This document shows positions 41,701-53,900 of a stretch of 64,000 nucleotides of DNA, piece after piece (the stretch's first letter is position 1; each line of letters starts with the position of its first letter). The notes below the pieces were generated by a model. That model did not search any database. It was not told the origin of the DNA and saw only the letters and a list, made by a program, of their open reading frames with translations. The position numbers and the translations under genes were made by a program. The stretch is from Macrostomum lignano (taxonomy: Eukaryota), in the NCBI GenBank assembly GCA_002269645.1, contig NIVC01001870.1, positions 62,001 through 126,000 of the forward strand, read 5' to 3'.

Positions 41701-44700
41701 AGGCGATCAGCTGATATGGGGATCAGAGGCGATCAGCTGATATGGGGATCAGAGTCGATCAGCTGATATGGGGATCAGAGACGATCAGCTGATATGGGGA
41801 TTAGGGGCGGTCAGCTCATGCAGTGGAGGCTCAACAAAGCTCACCCAGCCGACGCCACACCAGATCGGCCAGAGCCCCGGCCACCGGCCATTTGGCGCTG
41901 TGCCGTTCGTCCCGATAATACCAGCCGCAGGCGACCCGGCCGAGCACGTACTGCTGACAGGCCAGAGCAAACTCTCCAATCCACAGCAAACCGGCCACGT
42001 GATAAATCCACAGCCAGGACACCCAGGACGGCCGGTCCATGGCCAGACAGGGCTCAATAGGCTCCCTGATCAGGCTGTTATTCATAGTGATGCTGGGAAT
42101 CATTCTCGGCTCGCTGCGAGGCAGAGCGGACGTAGAAATGTAGGCCAGAGTCCACAGCCAGAGAGCGAACAGGCTGCCTAGCAACAGGCAGGTGACAATT
42201 GGCAGGGCGCACAGCTGCGGCACTGACCCAACGCACTTGGCGGCTTGAACGAATAGAGGGCCAACATAGCGGGCTCTGGAACAGACCACGCACAGGCAGA
42301 ACAGCAGGACAAGCAGCAGCACTGTGCTCACGATTGACAGCACCAGGAATGCGTCCTCGTTTTGAGTCTCCAAGTCTAGCAGGGGGAAATTCCTGCGGTC
42401 AGCAATTGTGGGTAGCATTGGGTAGGCAGCAATGTCAAAATAGTATATTAGCCCAGCAACTGGGGATTTGGGAGGCTGGCCCAGCAACTGGGGATCTGGG
42501 AGGCTGGTGGCCCAGCAACCGAGGATCTGAGACACCGGTGGCCCAGCAACTGGGGATCTGGGAGGCTGGCTGGCCCAGCAACTGGGGATCTGGGAGGCTG
42601 GCCCAGCAACTGGGGATCTGGGAGGCTGGTGGCCCAGCAACCGAGGATCTGAGAGACCGGTGGCCCAGCAACTGGGGATCTGGGAGGCTGGCCCAGCAAC
42701 TGAGGATCTGGGAGGCTGGCCCAGCAACTGAGGATCTGGGAGGCTGGCCCAGCAACTGGGGATCTGGGAGGCTGGCCCAGCAACTGGGGATCTGGGAGGC
42801 TGGCCCAGCAACTGGGGATCTGGGAGGCTGGTGGCCCAGCAACCGAGGATCTGAGAGACCGGTGGCCCAGCAACTGGGGATCTGGGAGGCTGGCCCAGCA
42901 ACTGGGGATTTGGGAGGCTGGCCCAGCAACGAGGATCGGGGAGGCTGGTGGCCCAGCAACTGAGGATCTGGGAGTCTGGCTCATCAACTGAGGATCGAGG
43001 AAGCAGGGTTAGCAGGCTACCCAGCCAAAAGTAACCTTATTAGCTTACACAGCCTCCTTGGCGTCCAGCTGGCTCTTCTGGTCGGCGAACACCCACCAGA
43101 GCAGTGCGGTGGCGCTGCTGCACAGGCAGGCGCAGCTGACCAGCATAGCGTGCCCGGCCAGGCGAGGAAAGATTCGAACCCCGGCCACCAGTGAGCCAGA
43201 CAGAAGGCCGCTCAGAACGAAAATGTAAATGAGTAGTGACCACACAGAGTACAGGTCCGATAAGAGCAGGGAGAATATAGGAGTCAGATTGAGGTAGCCA
43301 TAAATGTTGTTCAGCTTCCATCTGCGGATAGGAATTAGGTAAGATAATAAGATAAGAAAATATTGATTTTTATTCTGGGCGTTTGGGCATTTTTTCAGCT
43401 GGCTATGATGGAGATCAGGATTCTGGGAATTTTGAGATTTCTACAGCTGGCTACGATGGAGATCAGGATTCTGGGCATTTTGAGATTTCTACAGCTGGCT
43501 ACGATGGAGATCAGGATTCTGGGCGTTTTGGGGATTTCTACAGCTGGCTATGATGGAGATCAGGATTCTTGGCATTTTAGAATTTTTTTCACCTGGCTAT
43601 GATGGAGATCAGGATTCTGGGCGTTTTAGGATTTTTTCACCTGGCTATGATGGAGATCAGAATTCTGGGCGTTTTGGGATTCTTTCACCTGGCTATGATG
43701 GAGATCAGAAATCTGGGCGTTTTAGGATTTTTCACCTGGCTATGCATGATGGAGATCAGGATTCTGGGCGTTTTGGGATTTTTTCACCTGGCTATGATGG
43801 GGATCAGATCTCTGGGCGTTGTGGGATTTCTACAGCTGGCTATGATGGAGATCAGGATTCTGGGCGTTTTGGGATTTCTACACCTGGCTATGATGGAGAT
43901 TAGGATTCTGGGCGTTTTAGGATATTTTCACGTGGCTATGATGGAGATCAAGATTCTGGGCGTTTTGGGATTTCTACAGGGTCAATTAATAATTTGAAAT
44001 ACCTTATATTCACTGATTCAACTATGCTAATTGAATGCTATTTTAATACTAGCTAAATGATTATACACACATAAATAGATATAGCAATAGCAATAGCAAT
44101 AGAGACGCACAGTCAAGGTCAAACTCCAAGCTTTAAGGAATAAATTTTCCAGGAATCTTCTCTCAAAGCAATTTCTAGGAATCTTCTCTCAAAGCAATTT
44201 CTTGGAATCTTCTCCCAAAGCAATTTCCAGGAATCTTCTCCCAAAGCAATTTCCAGGAATCTTCTTTCAAAGCAATTTCTTGGAATCTTCTCTCAAAGCA
44301 ATTTCTAGGAATCTTCTCCCAAAGCAATTTCCAGGAATCTTCTCCCAAAGCAATTTCCAGGAATCTTCTTTCAAAGCAATTTCCAGGAATCCTCTCTCAA
44401 ACGCAAGTTGTTACAACAGTCACCTGAGAAAAATTTCGACTTTTACGAGTGTAGCGTCCTCAATAGTGAAATAAAGATTAAAAAATCACCTGTTGACAGT
44501 ATCATTCGGCAATATATTAGACCGAATTCCTGCCGTGATGCAGCGGCCATAAACAGGCTCCATACGACTAATTGGCGTGTCGGGACAGGGGCCGGTGAAC
44601 TTGTTCTGATGCGTGGCATTTGCCGATAGCAGAGGGAAATCGTAGCTGCAATAGTTGATCTTATCGCGTAGAAATACCTGTAATGTGCGGAAAAAGACCG

Positions 44701-46424
44701 TCGCATAGTGTACAGGTGCATCACGTGATCCTAGCAGTGACTTACAAAATCAAAACTAAAGAAATGGGTAAACAGGCGATTCTAGGAAGCATGGAGCGAT
44801 TCCAAGAAGCTATACAGATGTGATTCTAAGAATGATCTAAGAACGATTCTAAGAATGATCTAAGGACGATTCTAAGAATGATCTAAGAACGATTCTAAGA
44901 ATGATCTAAGGACGATTCTAAGAATGATCTAAGAACAATTCTAAGAATGGTCTAAGGACGATTCTAAGAATGATCTAAGGACAATTCTAAGAATGATCTA
45001 AGGACGATTTTAAGAATGATCTAAGGACGATTCTAAGAATGGTCTAAGGACGATTCTAAGAATGATCTAAGGACGATTTTAAAAATGATCTAAGGACGAT
45101 TCTAAGAATGATCTAAGGACGATTCTAAGAATGGTCTAAGAACGATTCTAAGAATGATCTAAGGACGATTTTAAGAATGATCTAAGGACGATTCTAAGAA
45201 TGATCTAAGGAAGATTCTAAGAATGATCTAGGAACGATTCTAAGAATGGTCTAAGGACGATTCTAAGAATGATCTAAGGACGATTCTAAGAATGATCTAA
45301 GAACGATTCTAAGAATGGTCTAACGACGATTCTAAGAATGATCTAAGGACGATTCTAAGAATGATCTAAGAACGATTCTAAGAATGATCTAAGGACGATT
45401 CTAAGAATGATATAAGAACGATTCTAAGAATGATCTAGGGACAAATCTAGAATGATCTAAGGACGATTCTAAGAATGATCTAAGGACGATTCTAAGAATG
45501 ATCTAAGGAAGATTCTAAGAATGATCTAAGGAAGATTCTAAGAATGATCTAGGAACGTTTTTAAGAATGATCTAGGGACGATTCTAAGAATAATCTAGAG
45601 ACGATTCTAGGCATGAACTAAAAGGATTCTCAGAATGCTCTAGGTATTCTTATAAGAATGATCTAATCTAGGGAGTATTTTATGAACGATCTAGGTACAA
45701 TTCTAAGGATTATCTTGAGACGATTTTAAGAATCATCTAGAGACGATTCTAAGAATAACCTAGAGACTATTTTAAAAATGATCTAGAGACGATTCTAAGA
45801 ATGATCTAGAGATTGTTTTAAGAATTTTTTGGGACGTAGATACAATTTTAGGAATAATCTAGGGACAATTCTAAGAATTTAGGACGATTCTAATAGTTAT
45901 CTAGACACATCGAAGATCTATAGACAGTGAGAGTAAGAATGATCAATGGCCTAAGGCTAGTTAATAGCGACTTAAAATACAATAAAGTAATAAAGCGCAC
46001 TATCACGCACCTGTTTCAACTCTTCCAAACTGTCTATGGGCCTATTAGGACACTGGCTGACGCACACGGACAGTGTGTTGGTGGCAAACAAGTCGCTGAA
46101 ATGAAACAGATACGGCTCAGCGCGAGTGTCCCGACCGCTCAGGGGCACCCCTGGCACGCGGATATTCCTATCGCTGCCGCACGTGTTGCCATAGCAATCG
46201 AACGGGCTAAATATTCGTTGCAAATCGCCCATGCTGAAGGCGAACCCGGCGATAACTAGCAGGCCGCATAGGAAGGCGCCGAACACCAGGCACCAGGGCC
46301 AGTCGGCACAAGCTGTTTGACGCCGGCGCCGCCGATCCAGAGGATTGCGCGACTCGTTCGGGTTGCCGGCCTCGCGATCTAGTTGGGCCCGTTCGCTGGA
46401 GCAGCCGCCGCAGGCGAGGCCCAT
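38779..46424 (-). CDS. SLC44A1: Choline transporter-like protein (SLC44/CTL family, ~789 aa, 8 exons)
   Basis: Exons 46424-46011, 44677-44490, 43321-43049, 42392-41845, 41343-41009, 40534-40433, 40326-40231, 39192-38779; all GT-AG, phases match, 2370 nt; CTL motifs (RxxxCxDxPW, DCYGNTCG, CVSQCP, LGTVAIGSL, DAIFICFSYD...NDGS); multiple TM segments; paralogue assignment is approximate. Confidence 0.9.
39300..40150. repeat. ~21-bp TTAGGG-containing minisatellite organised as a ~212-bp higher-order repeat
   Basis: TTTTTAAGGAGAGATTTG recurs at 39641 and 39853, similar block near 39442; monomers like GAGATTCTTAGGGTGAGATTG. Confidence 0.8.
40635..41000. repeat. 16-18-bp minisatellite (CCCACAGGCCTCCAAAA)n
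   Basis: SLC44 intron 5. Confidence 0.85.
41435..41810. repeat. 26-bp minisatellite (GATCAGAGTCGATCAGCTGATATGGG)n
   Basis: SLC44 intron 4, ~14 units. Confidence 0.92.
42445..42995. repeat. ~28-bp minisatellite (GCCCAGCAACTGGGGATCTGGGAGGCTG)n
   Basis: SLC44 intron 3. Confidence 0.9.
43385..43980. repeat. ~45-bp minisatellite (CTGGCTATGATGGAGATCAGGATTCTGGGCGTTTT...)n
   Basis: SLC44 intron 2, ~13 units. Confidence 0.88.
44145..44400. repeat. 26-bp minisatellite (TTCCAGGAATCTTCTCTCAAAGCAAT)n
   Basis: SLC44 intron 2, ~9 units. Confidence 0.88.
44820..45880. repeat. 23-bp minisatellite (CTAAGAATGATCTAAGGACGATT)n
   Basis: SLC44 intron 1, ~45 units degrading rightwards. Confidence 0.92.
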
Positions 46425-46567
46425 AGTAGCGAATAATAATAATAATAATAATAACTACCCTTCAAAGCTTTGTTACTCAGCTAGCTGCAAATCTTTGGTC
46501 TGGTGCAACTCCCTGAAATAACAGAATGTGTGACTAAATTGCAAATTCAACAAGGACAAGCGACAAG

Positions 46568-46786
46568 GAGTGTACAGCGGCCCTAACTTTACTTATCGTT
46601 AGGCATGTACACTTCACTGTGCCTTGGCGGGGGGGGGTTGGTCCTCAAGGGCGTTAATTGCGTGAGCAGAGCCAAGCCGATATTCCAGTTTAGCCCCAAA
46701 TTGATGTAACTAACTACACTTGGAATCAAGCCTGGGCCACTTGCCAGTACATAAGAGTATCACACTAGTTCATTAGGCTGCAGCCC
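46568..46786 (-). mobile_element. SINE family 2 copy, 3'-truncated
   Basis: Colinear with 27525-27728 (GTGTACAGCGGCCCTAACTTT...TTAGGCATGTACACTTCACTG...CTTGGAATCAAGCCTGGG). Confidence 0.75.
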
Positions 46787-47434
46787 TCCAAGAGTTTGTT
46801 AGTGCCAGGGTTTAGAATTAAGGTTATAAGGTTAGGGGCAAGCAAATCTAGCATCCTTTAGACTTCTACCTTAGCTACAGACATTACTATGGAAAGTTAC
46901 ATATATAGATTTTCACATTCCTTGTCTTGCCATTTTGTTTACCAATAAGTATTAGAACAACTACAATATGTTATTTGAAAAAAATATAAAAAGTGGAGTG
47001 TCTATGCTTTTTCTAGGCATATAATTATCTTCATTGAATTGAATATACCAAAATTAAAATCTTGTACAGTTGCTTACAATTGTTATTTACTAACATTGAA
47101 ATGATTTATTTTAATGTGCTAATATGCCAATAAGTATAAAAATTTAGTGCACATGTTTTTAGATATATAAAATTTTTATCAAAAATATAGATTTATTATG
47201 AGAATTGACAGGAAAAAAATCTTGATTATGATTTTATCAGTTATTAAAGTATAAATTTATAATTGTAATCATAACTAAGCCCTAATCTGTACTAGATTTA
47301 GGTTTCAAATTTTTAAAAGCTTATATCTTTTAATATTTGGCATAATAGACTGGGAAGAGATAGCAGGCTGTCCATAAATTATAAAATAAAAAAAAATAAG
47401 CAATGACAATAAAACTATATATAAGAGTTTTTAT

Positions 47435-48573
47435 TAGTGTTCCGCTGTAATTACGGCTACGGCTACGGCAAATTACGGCTATGACACTTTTGAAGCCGTA
47501 TTTTCATTACGGATTACAGTTACGGACATATTTTGAGCTTACGGTTACGGTTACGGATTACGGAGATTTTTCTAGACTTGCTGTAATTGGTAGCCGTAAC
47601 AAAAATTATTTATTTTTAACTGTTTAGTGTTATAAAAGAATTTTTTTATATCAACTTCAACCAGTTTTCATTTTGTTTTACTAGTTATTATTATTTTTTA
47701 CATTTGTTAAGTTTCTAAATATCTACAAAACTTCTTGAAAATGAAAAACGAATTTTTTCATGAATTTTCTCATTAGGCATACGGCATAGCATAGCATAGC
47801 GATAGCATGATAGCAGCGAGACAGAGAGAGCCAGTCAAAGCCTACAAGAGACTAAGAATCTGGCATTCTTATTTCTTAGCCATATGTAGCATTTAGCTCC
47901 TTAGCATAAAAATAGGATATTAGATTTAGATTATGAGGATAAGGATGAAAGAATATTAATAAGGAAATACTAAATAAATACTAATAGGATAAGAATATGA
48001 ATTATGATTGAAAATTGATTGAAACCAAAGAAGACAATACAATAGACAATGCAATAAAATGAAAATGAAAAAATGTAACATGCAATTTCTTAGTCATCGG
48101 AAATTTTGAAGCAGTTTTATTTGAACAAATTCATATATTTATTTAATGATATTAAACATACACATTGACCTTGGTACGTCAGTCATATATTCATATTGTA
48201 GCGAAACAAAACAGAATCACGACACAGAAAACTGAAAAAGGCACCAAGCACACAATTGCATACAACAATGCTATAGAATACTTCGATAAAGATATTATAT
48301 TTACGAAAAAATAAATGAATATTAATGCATGAACGAACAACAAGTAGGTTTTATTGCTATCCTTTTATCCTTTTTATCTGTCCTTTTCTGTCTGCCCTAC
48401 TTTTCATGCAAAAATATCAATTTTTGTTATACATTACGGCTACGGTTATGGCAAATTACGGTTACGGACTTTTTTAGCCCGTAATGACGGCAAAATTCGG
48501 CTACGGAAGTTGCTTCTTTCTTATGGCTACGGTTATGGTTACGGAGGCCAAAACTCGCGGCGGCGGAACACTA
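47435..48573. mobile_element. Non-autonomous hAT element (1139 bp)
   Basis: 11-bp TIRs TAGTGTTCCGC / GCGGAACACTA; exact 8-bp TSD GTTTTTAT at 47427-47434 and 48574-48581; subterminal (T/C)TACGG hexamer clusters; no transposase ORF. Confidence 0.88.
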
Positions 48574-49599
48574 GTTTTTATTAAGAATGTTTATGCTTCT
48601 ATGTATTAAATTATAAATTTATAAATATTAAAAATATATTAAAAATGATTGAAAGCATAAAAATTTTTAAGTTAAGGGGGGGGGGCTATAGTATAATTTT
48701 TAGAAATTAAACTTTGTTTTAGTCTTAATGAATAATTTAATTTTTTCCAATAAAAATGGTTGTAATATAGCCTAATATTGCATAATGTAGTTGTTTTTAT
48801 GCTAGGCTTACCCTTACCTTAAAACTGTTTGCAGGGTGCTTTAATTCTATATTTCTTTGATTAATAATACTTTTGAATGTGTGCCAAAAAAACTAAGAAA
48901 AACTATTTGTTATACTGTATATATTTTCTATAATATTTTTGTAAATATAATATTTTTTAAATCTACACAAATTTAGTATAAATAGAAGCATTTTTGGCAG
49001 AGGAGAGAATAACCTCGTGCATCATGGTTCAATAAAAAAGAATTTACCAACAAATAATAAGAGTTCCAAGTAAATGTTATTAAAGATTGTTTTTGGAGTT
49101 GATTTTCTTTCTAAAATGAAGTGAAGTAGATGGAAGTATATGCAGTATATACTACTGAGAAGCAGAAGTAGTGTTAGAAGACAAAGTAGATCCATATCTG
49201 TTTCAATCCATTTCAATGTGTTTTTATGCTTGAGGGCAAAAGCAGTTTATTCTTCTATCCATTTCCTTATGCTTTCAGGACAAAAGCAATGTTAATTTTC
49301 CAACTTTCTGCTCCTTATGCTTTTGGGACAAAAGCAATGTTTCAATCTCTAGCTATTCTGTTTCCTTATACTTGAGAGAGAAAAGAAGTTGTAAAATTTG
49401 TGCTCATGCTTATCCAACATGACCCAAACCTTTGCACTCTAATATTTAGCCTTAGGCTTGATGGTAAAAGCCTGCACCAATGCAACATTGATTATCTACG
49501 TGCAACACATTATTCAATTGCTTAATTGCATTTGATTAACTTGCAGGACACCTTTCATTTGTAAACCTTTTAGCCTCGCTTATGACTGAAGGTATATTT

Positions 49600-52500
49600 T
49601 AATTTTGTGAAACATTTTCGCTATGGAGCCCCCGCCATTTTGCCCCACTCAGGTCAAGTGCCCTGGTTCTAGGTCTTGTCCTCAGTGGAGGGCATCTGAG
49701 ATGAACCGCCCCTATTTTTCCTTTGTTCTGATTCTGTCAAGCCAGAGAAATTTTTGTTAGGGCCCCTCCCTACTTTGGCTCAGTTTCCCAGTGTTTTTGC
49801 ATGCCTCTGTTGATGTAACTCCTTATGGAGATCTAAGTTTAACCTGGTCACCTTGCCTGCGTCTATTTGCTATCCTAGCTTTTAATGAAAAGGAGCTACA
49901 TATGCCTCTTACTATTATTCTTAATTTTTTCTAAACTACTGTTTACGCGATTGTTCAGCCCTGCCTTTTCTAATTGCTAACCTGTTTATGTGAGCCATGT
50001 AAGGTGCCCCATTCATTCATTTTGATCTTGGACCCCTGCTATGTAGTTATCTGTTTTATGACTCCTTGATTCATGCGCCTACCCCATCTCCGTGTGTGCC
50101 ACCTTAGAGTGTACAAGGGGTGATGGCCCTTTTTAGCAGTTAAATTTTATTTCCCCTGGTTGGCTTTTAATTCCACCAATTGGATATTTTTGTGTCATTT
50201 AAGAGCCAATTTTCATTCCATTATGTTCAAGCTCTGAATTGACCTGAGTTGTCAAAAGTTTTGCTTGCGAATCACTATTTATCCACAACTATGGATTAAA
50301 ATGACCCTATGCTGGGCGGCGAGGAGTCTCCTCTCAGTCGAGAGATCAGAAGAGCTGAAGTGAGCACTAGTTTAGTGTTAGGTGCCCCCTTTTGTCAGCT
50401 GTGCCCTTGCACCCTTCTGAGCTATTGGCTGCCGCTGGCCGGAGCTCTCCCTCTCCCTCTCTCTCTCTCCCTCTCTTTTCCTCTCCCTTTCTCCCTCTTC
50501 CTCCCCATTGTCCTTTTGTCTGCCTGCGCTCCTTTTTCTGTCCCCCTTTTTCCAGTTCCTTTGCATTCTCAGTGTCTGAGCTTCTCCACTCAGCTGTCCT
50601 TGATTCATTGTCTGTCTGGCCTCTCTCCCCCTTTTCTTGTGTGGCTGTGTTTGTTCATTCCAAGTTCAGCACTCAAGCTATACTCTCGGTCTGGCTTGTA
50701 TGGTAGCAGATCACGTGTCCTAGGCACTCTGTCCTTTTCTTGTGCTGCCTTGTGCAATATTGTGTATCAGTCTCTAAATAAGGAACAGTGTCCTTGCCTC
50801 TCTAGTAGGGCTCCGCGCTTTTTTCTAAAAATAGAACTGAATCACGCTAGGTTGAGGGGCGCAGTGAGAGCGGCCTTGCGCACTCTGGTGCAATGGGGTG
50901 ATGCTGAAATTGATCCGCTATCCTATAAGTATGGGCCTCTTGTGCCTCTGTTTGGCAACCACGCGCTTAACCTTTCCTTTTGCCACCCTTCGTTTATGAG
51001 TCTGGACTAAACATTGCTCTCACTTATAAGGCTCGCGCAGCTCACGCTAGCTCTTTGCCAACTTAACTTAACTTCTGATCTATCCTCGACTGAGTGCCTG
51101 AGTGTGAGCTAAACCCCCAGACAAGCTAACCAGAAACTAGCACAGTTCCTCCTCCCCACACTTGAGCCCGGCAGGACCGCTGACGAGGTGTGCACCGGTG
51201 CGAACTGTCAAATCTGCATGGCGTGCTAAGTTCTCATGTCTCGTTTATTTCGCTCAGCCCGGAGTCTCCCTCACCGAAGGACAAGATCAAAGCAAGCTGG
51301 TGGCAGCACTACCTACGCTATTGAAAGCTAAGAGAACTTCCCACTGAAGAGGCTCGAGACTTAAGGTAATCTTAAGTGCCTAAATGGGAAGCAACAGCAA
51401 ACACTTCACTGGTGGCAGCAGTGGGATTTCAAGACTTATCAGGCTATTGCTAAATAGCATCAAGCAAAGTATAGCAAGTACAACAAAAAGACACTTCAAA
51501 GCTCTCAACTGCACCAACGACTATGACGGAGAGCCCTACGACCAGGCGCTACTTAATGAGTTCGACCCACATGGCGAAGGCCCTGCTAGCCCTGCCCACT
51601 CCGGTGCCCTCTCCCGAGCCGCCTATGGCCCTGATACCCACGAGCAGCCCTGGCGTTTGGCTGCATGGGCTTATGGATTGAATCAGTACGGTGCCTCTGG
51701 CCCCCAAGCTGGAGGCCATCCATGTTTTGGAGTCAGAGTGGCATTTGACACTGCCCTTCCTACCATAAAACTAGATGAGTGGGTCCAGTCAGTCATCACT
51801 AGTGGAAGCAGCAGTTGCCAATACCTAGTCTGACCATACACAGCACCTGGCCGAGCTGCTGCTCTGGGAATATGCTAGGGACTCAACACCCGGCAGATGA
51901 GCGACTGCCACCACTAGCGCGACTATACCCTGACCTTTGGACAGCCGGCGGTGGCCCGAGCTGTCAGAATTACCGCCAATCTTTTGTGCAAACGGCTATA
52001 ACAATTGGTAGGCAGCCTGCACTACGGCACATTCTGTTTGTTAGTTGGCCTGTTTGTCGACCATGTGGCAACACTGGGGTGCGGAATAATGACCACCCTT
52101 ATCTAGCATAGCCACCAGGCCCAAATTGCTCCAAATAATTACCCAAATAATGCCCCTGCTTGCTGAGGCCAGTTGGCAACATAGGGCCATCAAATCTAAA
52201 GATGACCAGAAATGCTCATCAATTGCTGACTGTTCCCCCAGTGCCCCCGCACTTGTGGTAAGCCAGTCTACCACTGGAGTTCAACAGCAATTGGCAACTC
52301 TGGCGAGATGTCTCCCATGGCTGATAAATTGACATCATCTAATTCTACCAATGGACCAGACTTAGCTATTTTCTTCCTTTTCTCTTGGTAGATCCATCCA
52401 TTGTTCTCCTGGCTATACCCTCCCTTGCCCCATCTTTGTTTTAATGTGTTTTTTAACATTTTCAATTGCCAGTTAAATTCTTTTCCCTTGTGTGGCCTAC

Positions 52501-53900
52501 CTGCTGCTCTCTTTGGTATCCCACTCCTGGGAATTAACCATGTCTATGTATATAAAATCTTGCGTGTTTTACTCAGTTTTAACTTTCCCATTGGTACTTA
52601 TTCTGTACCCCTTCTAATTTCAGTTTAATTTCCTAATTGCATGTTCTCTTGACCTTTATTTCTTAATACATTACTTTTTGCCCTCGGTACTGCCAAATTT
52701 ATCTTATCATTGCAGCAACAATAATAATTGACAATAATATTTATTAGCTTTGCCTAACTTAGTATTTATTCAGTTAACAATAATAACTATTTATGACAAC
52801 TATTTATTCATCTTATTTATTCATCTTCATTCTTAATCAAAGCCCTTAGTTTTCTATTGAGTCATTTGCCTACGGGGCCTAAAACAATCTATTTGTCTCA
52901 TCTCAAAGAAAGCTATAAGACCCTCAACAATCCATAATACAAAATTATGGTAGTGGCAGTGCTACTTTACTACTGATAGTAACAAACTAAGCATATTGAC
53001 AGACTATGAAATTTATAGTGTCTGAAGACCCAATTGAATGACTGTGCCATTTAAAGACTGTTTGACTACAAATTATGACTACCTTCCCTCTAGACTTGAG
53101 GACCTAGCAGACGGAGTATTGAAGGAGAAGAGTTATGAATCAGTTTATGAAATTTTCTAGCTTTATGAGTACCAAGACATCACAGGTGGCAATTCAATTT
53201 CAAAGTTTAAAACTGTCTTACCTCATTGGTGTCAGTGAAGCAAACCAATGCCCCATTAATTTATTTTCTTCTTTTCTCGTACCTCAATACCTAGACCAGA
53301 CCTATGCTTAGATAAAATACTTAGACTTATACTTTTTTAGATTATTCTAAGATATAATAAACTTATAATAGAATAATATTATATTGCTGGCAGTACTGGC
53401 AGATACCAACATTTAGTATATTTAATTAATTAGGAAAAAAGCAAAGCCATATCACAACTTTGGTAGTATTTCGTAAGATCCAATTAGACAGAAGAATACC
53501 ACTAGCAAAATTGTATTGAATTGGCTTTAGCTATACTGATAAAAGACTATATCCAAAAAATAGGCCCTACTAAGTCTACTTTAAATAACTTAAAGGCTTA
53601 ACAATATGACATCAATAGGCCTAAGTAATTAAGCCTATGTAGGCCAAATATTATATTAAAACTTGATATTAGGAGGCCTAAGAAAAAGCTTAAAATTCAA
53701 ATGACAAATGGTGAAATAATTTTTGTAAATTGTAAAACCTAATTAACTAGGCCTATACCCATTAGACATGCTAGACAAGTAAGACAACAGCTTCCTAATC
53801 CTAGCCTTGTAGATAATCAATACATAGAAATCCAAAAAGAAACATTTCAAAAAGTGGGAAGGGCAGGTTTGAGGTTCAATGGCAGATTTAGGAAGGAGAG
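49600..53900 (+). other. Degenerate transposon-like remnant (possible LTR-element leader and gag-like fragments)
   Basis: CT-rich leader-like tract 50440-50640 followed by stop-riddled coding-looking stretches (51162-51833, 53040-53240); no diagnostic motif recognised. Confidence 0.3.

Noticed and set aside
41831-42963. Pro/Gly-rich N-terminal extension of the 356-aa SLC44 ORF
   Set aside because: It is intronic 28-bp repeat read in frame; the true exon starts at the CAG acceptor at 42392.
50309-51010. 233-aa Leu/Ser/Phe-rich ORF resembling a membrane protein
   Set aside because: It arises from a CT-rich low-complexity tract with no family motif.
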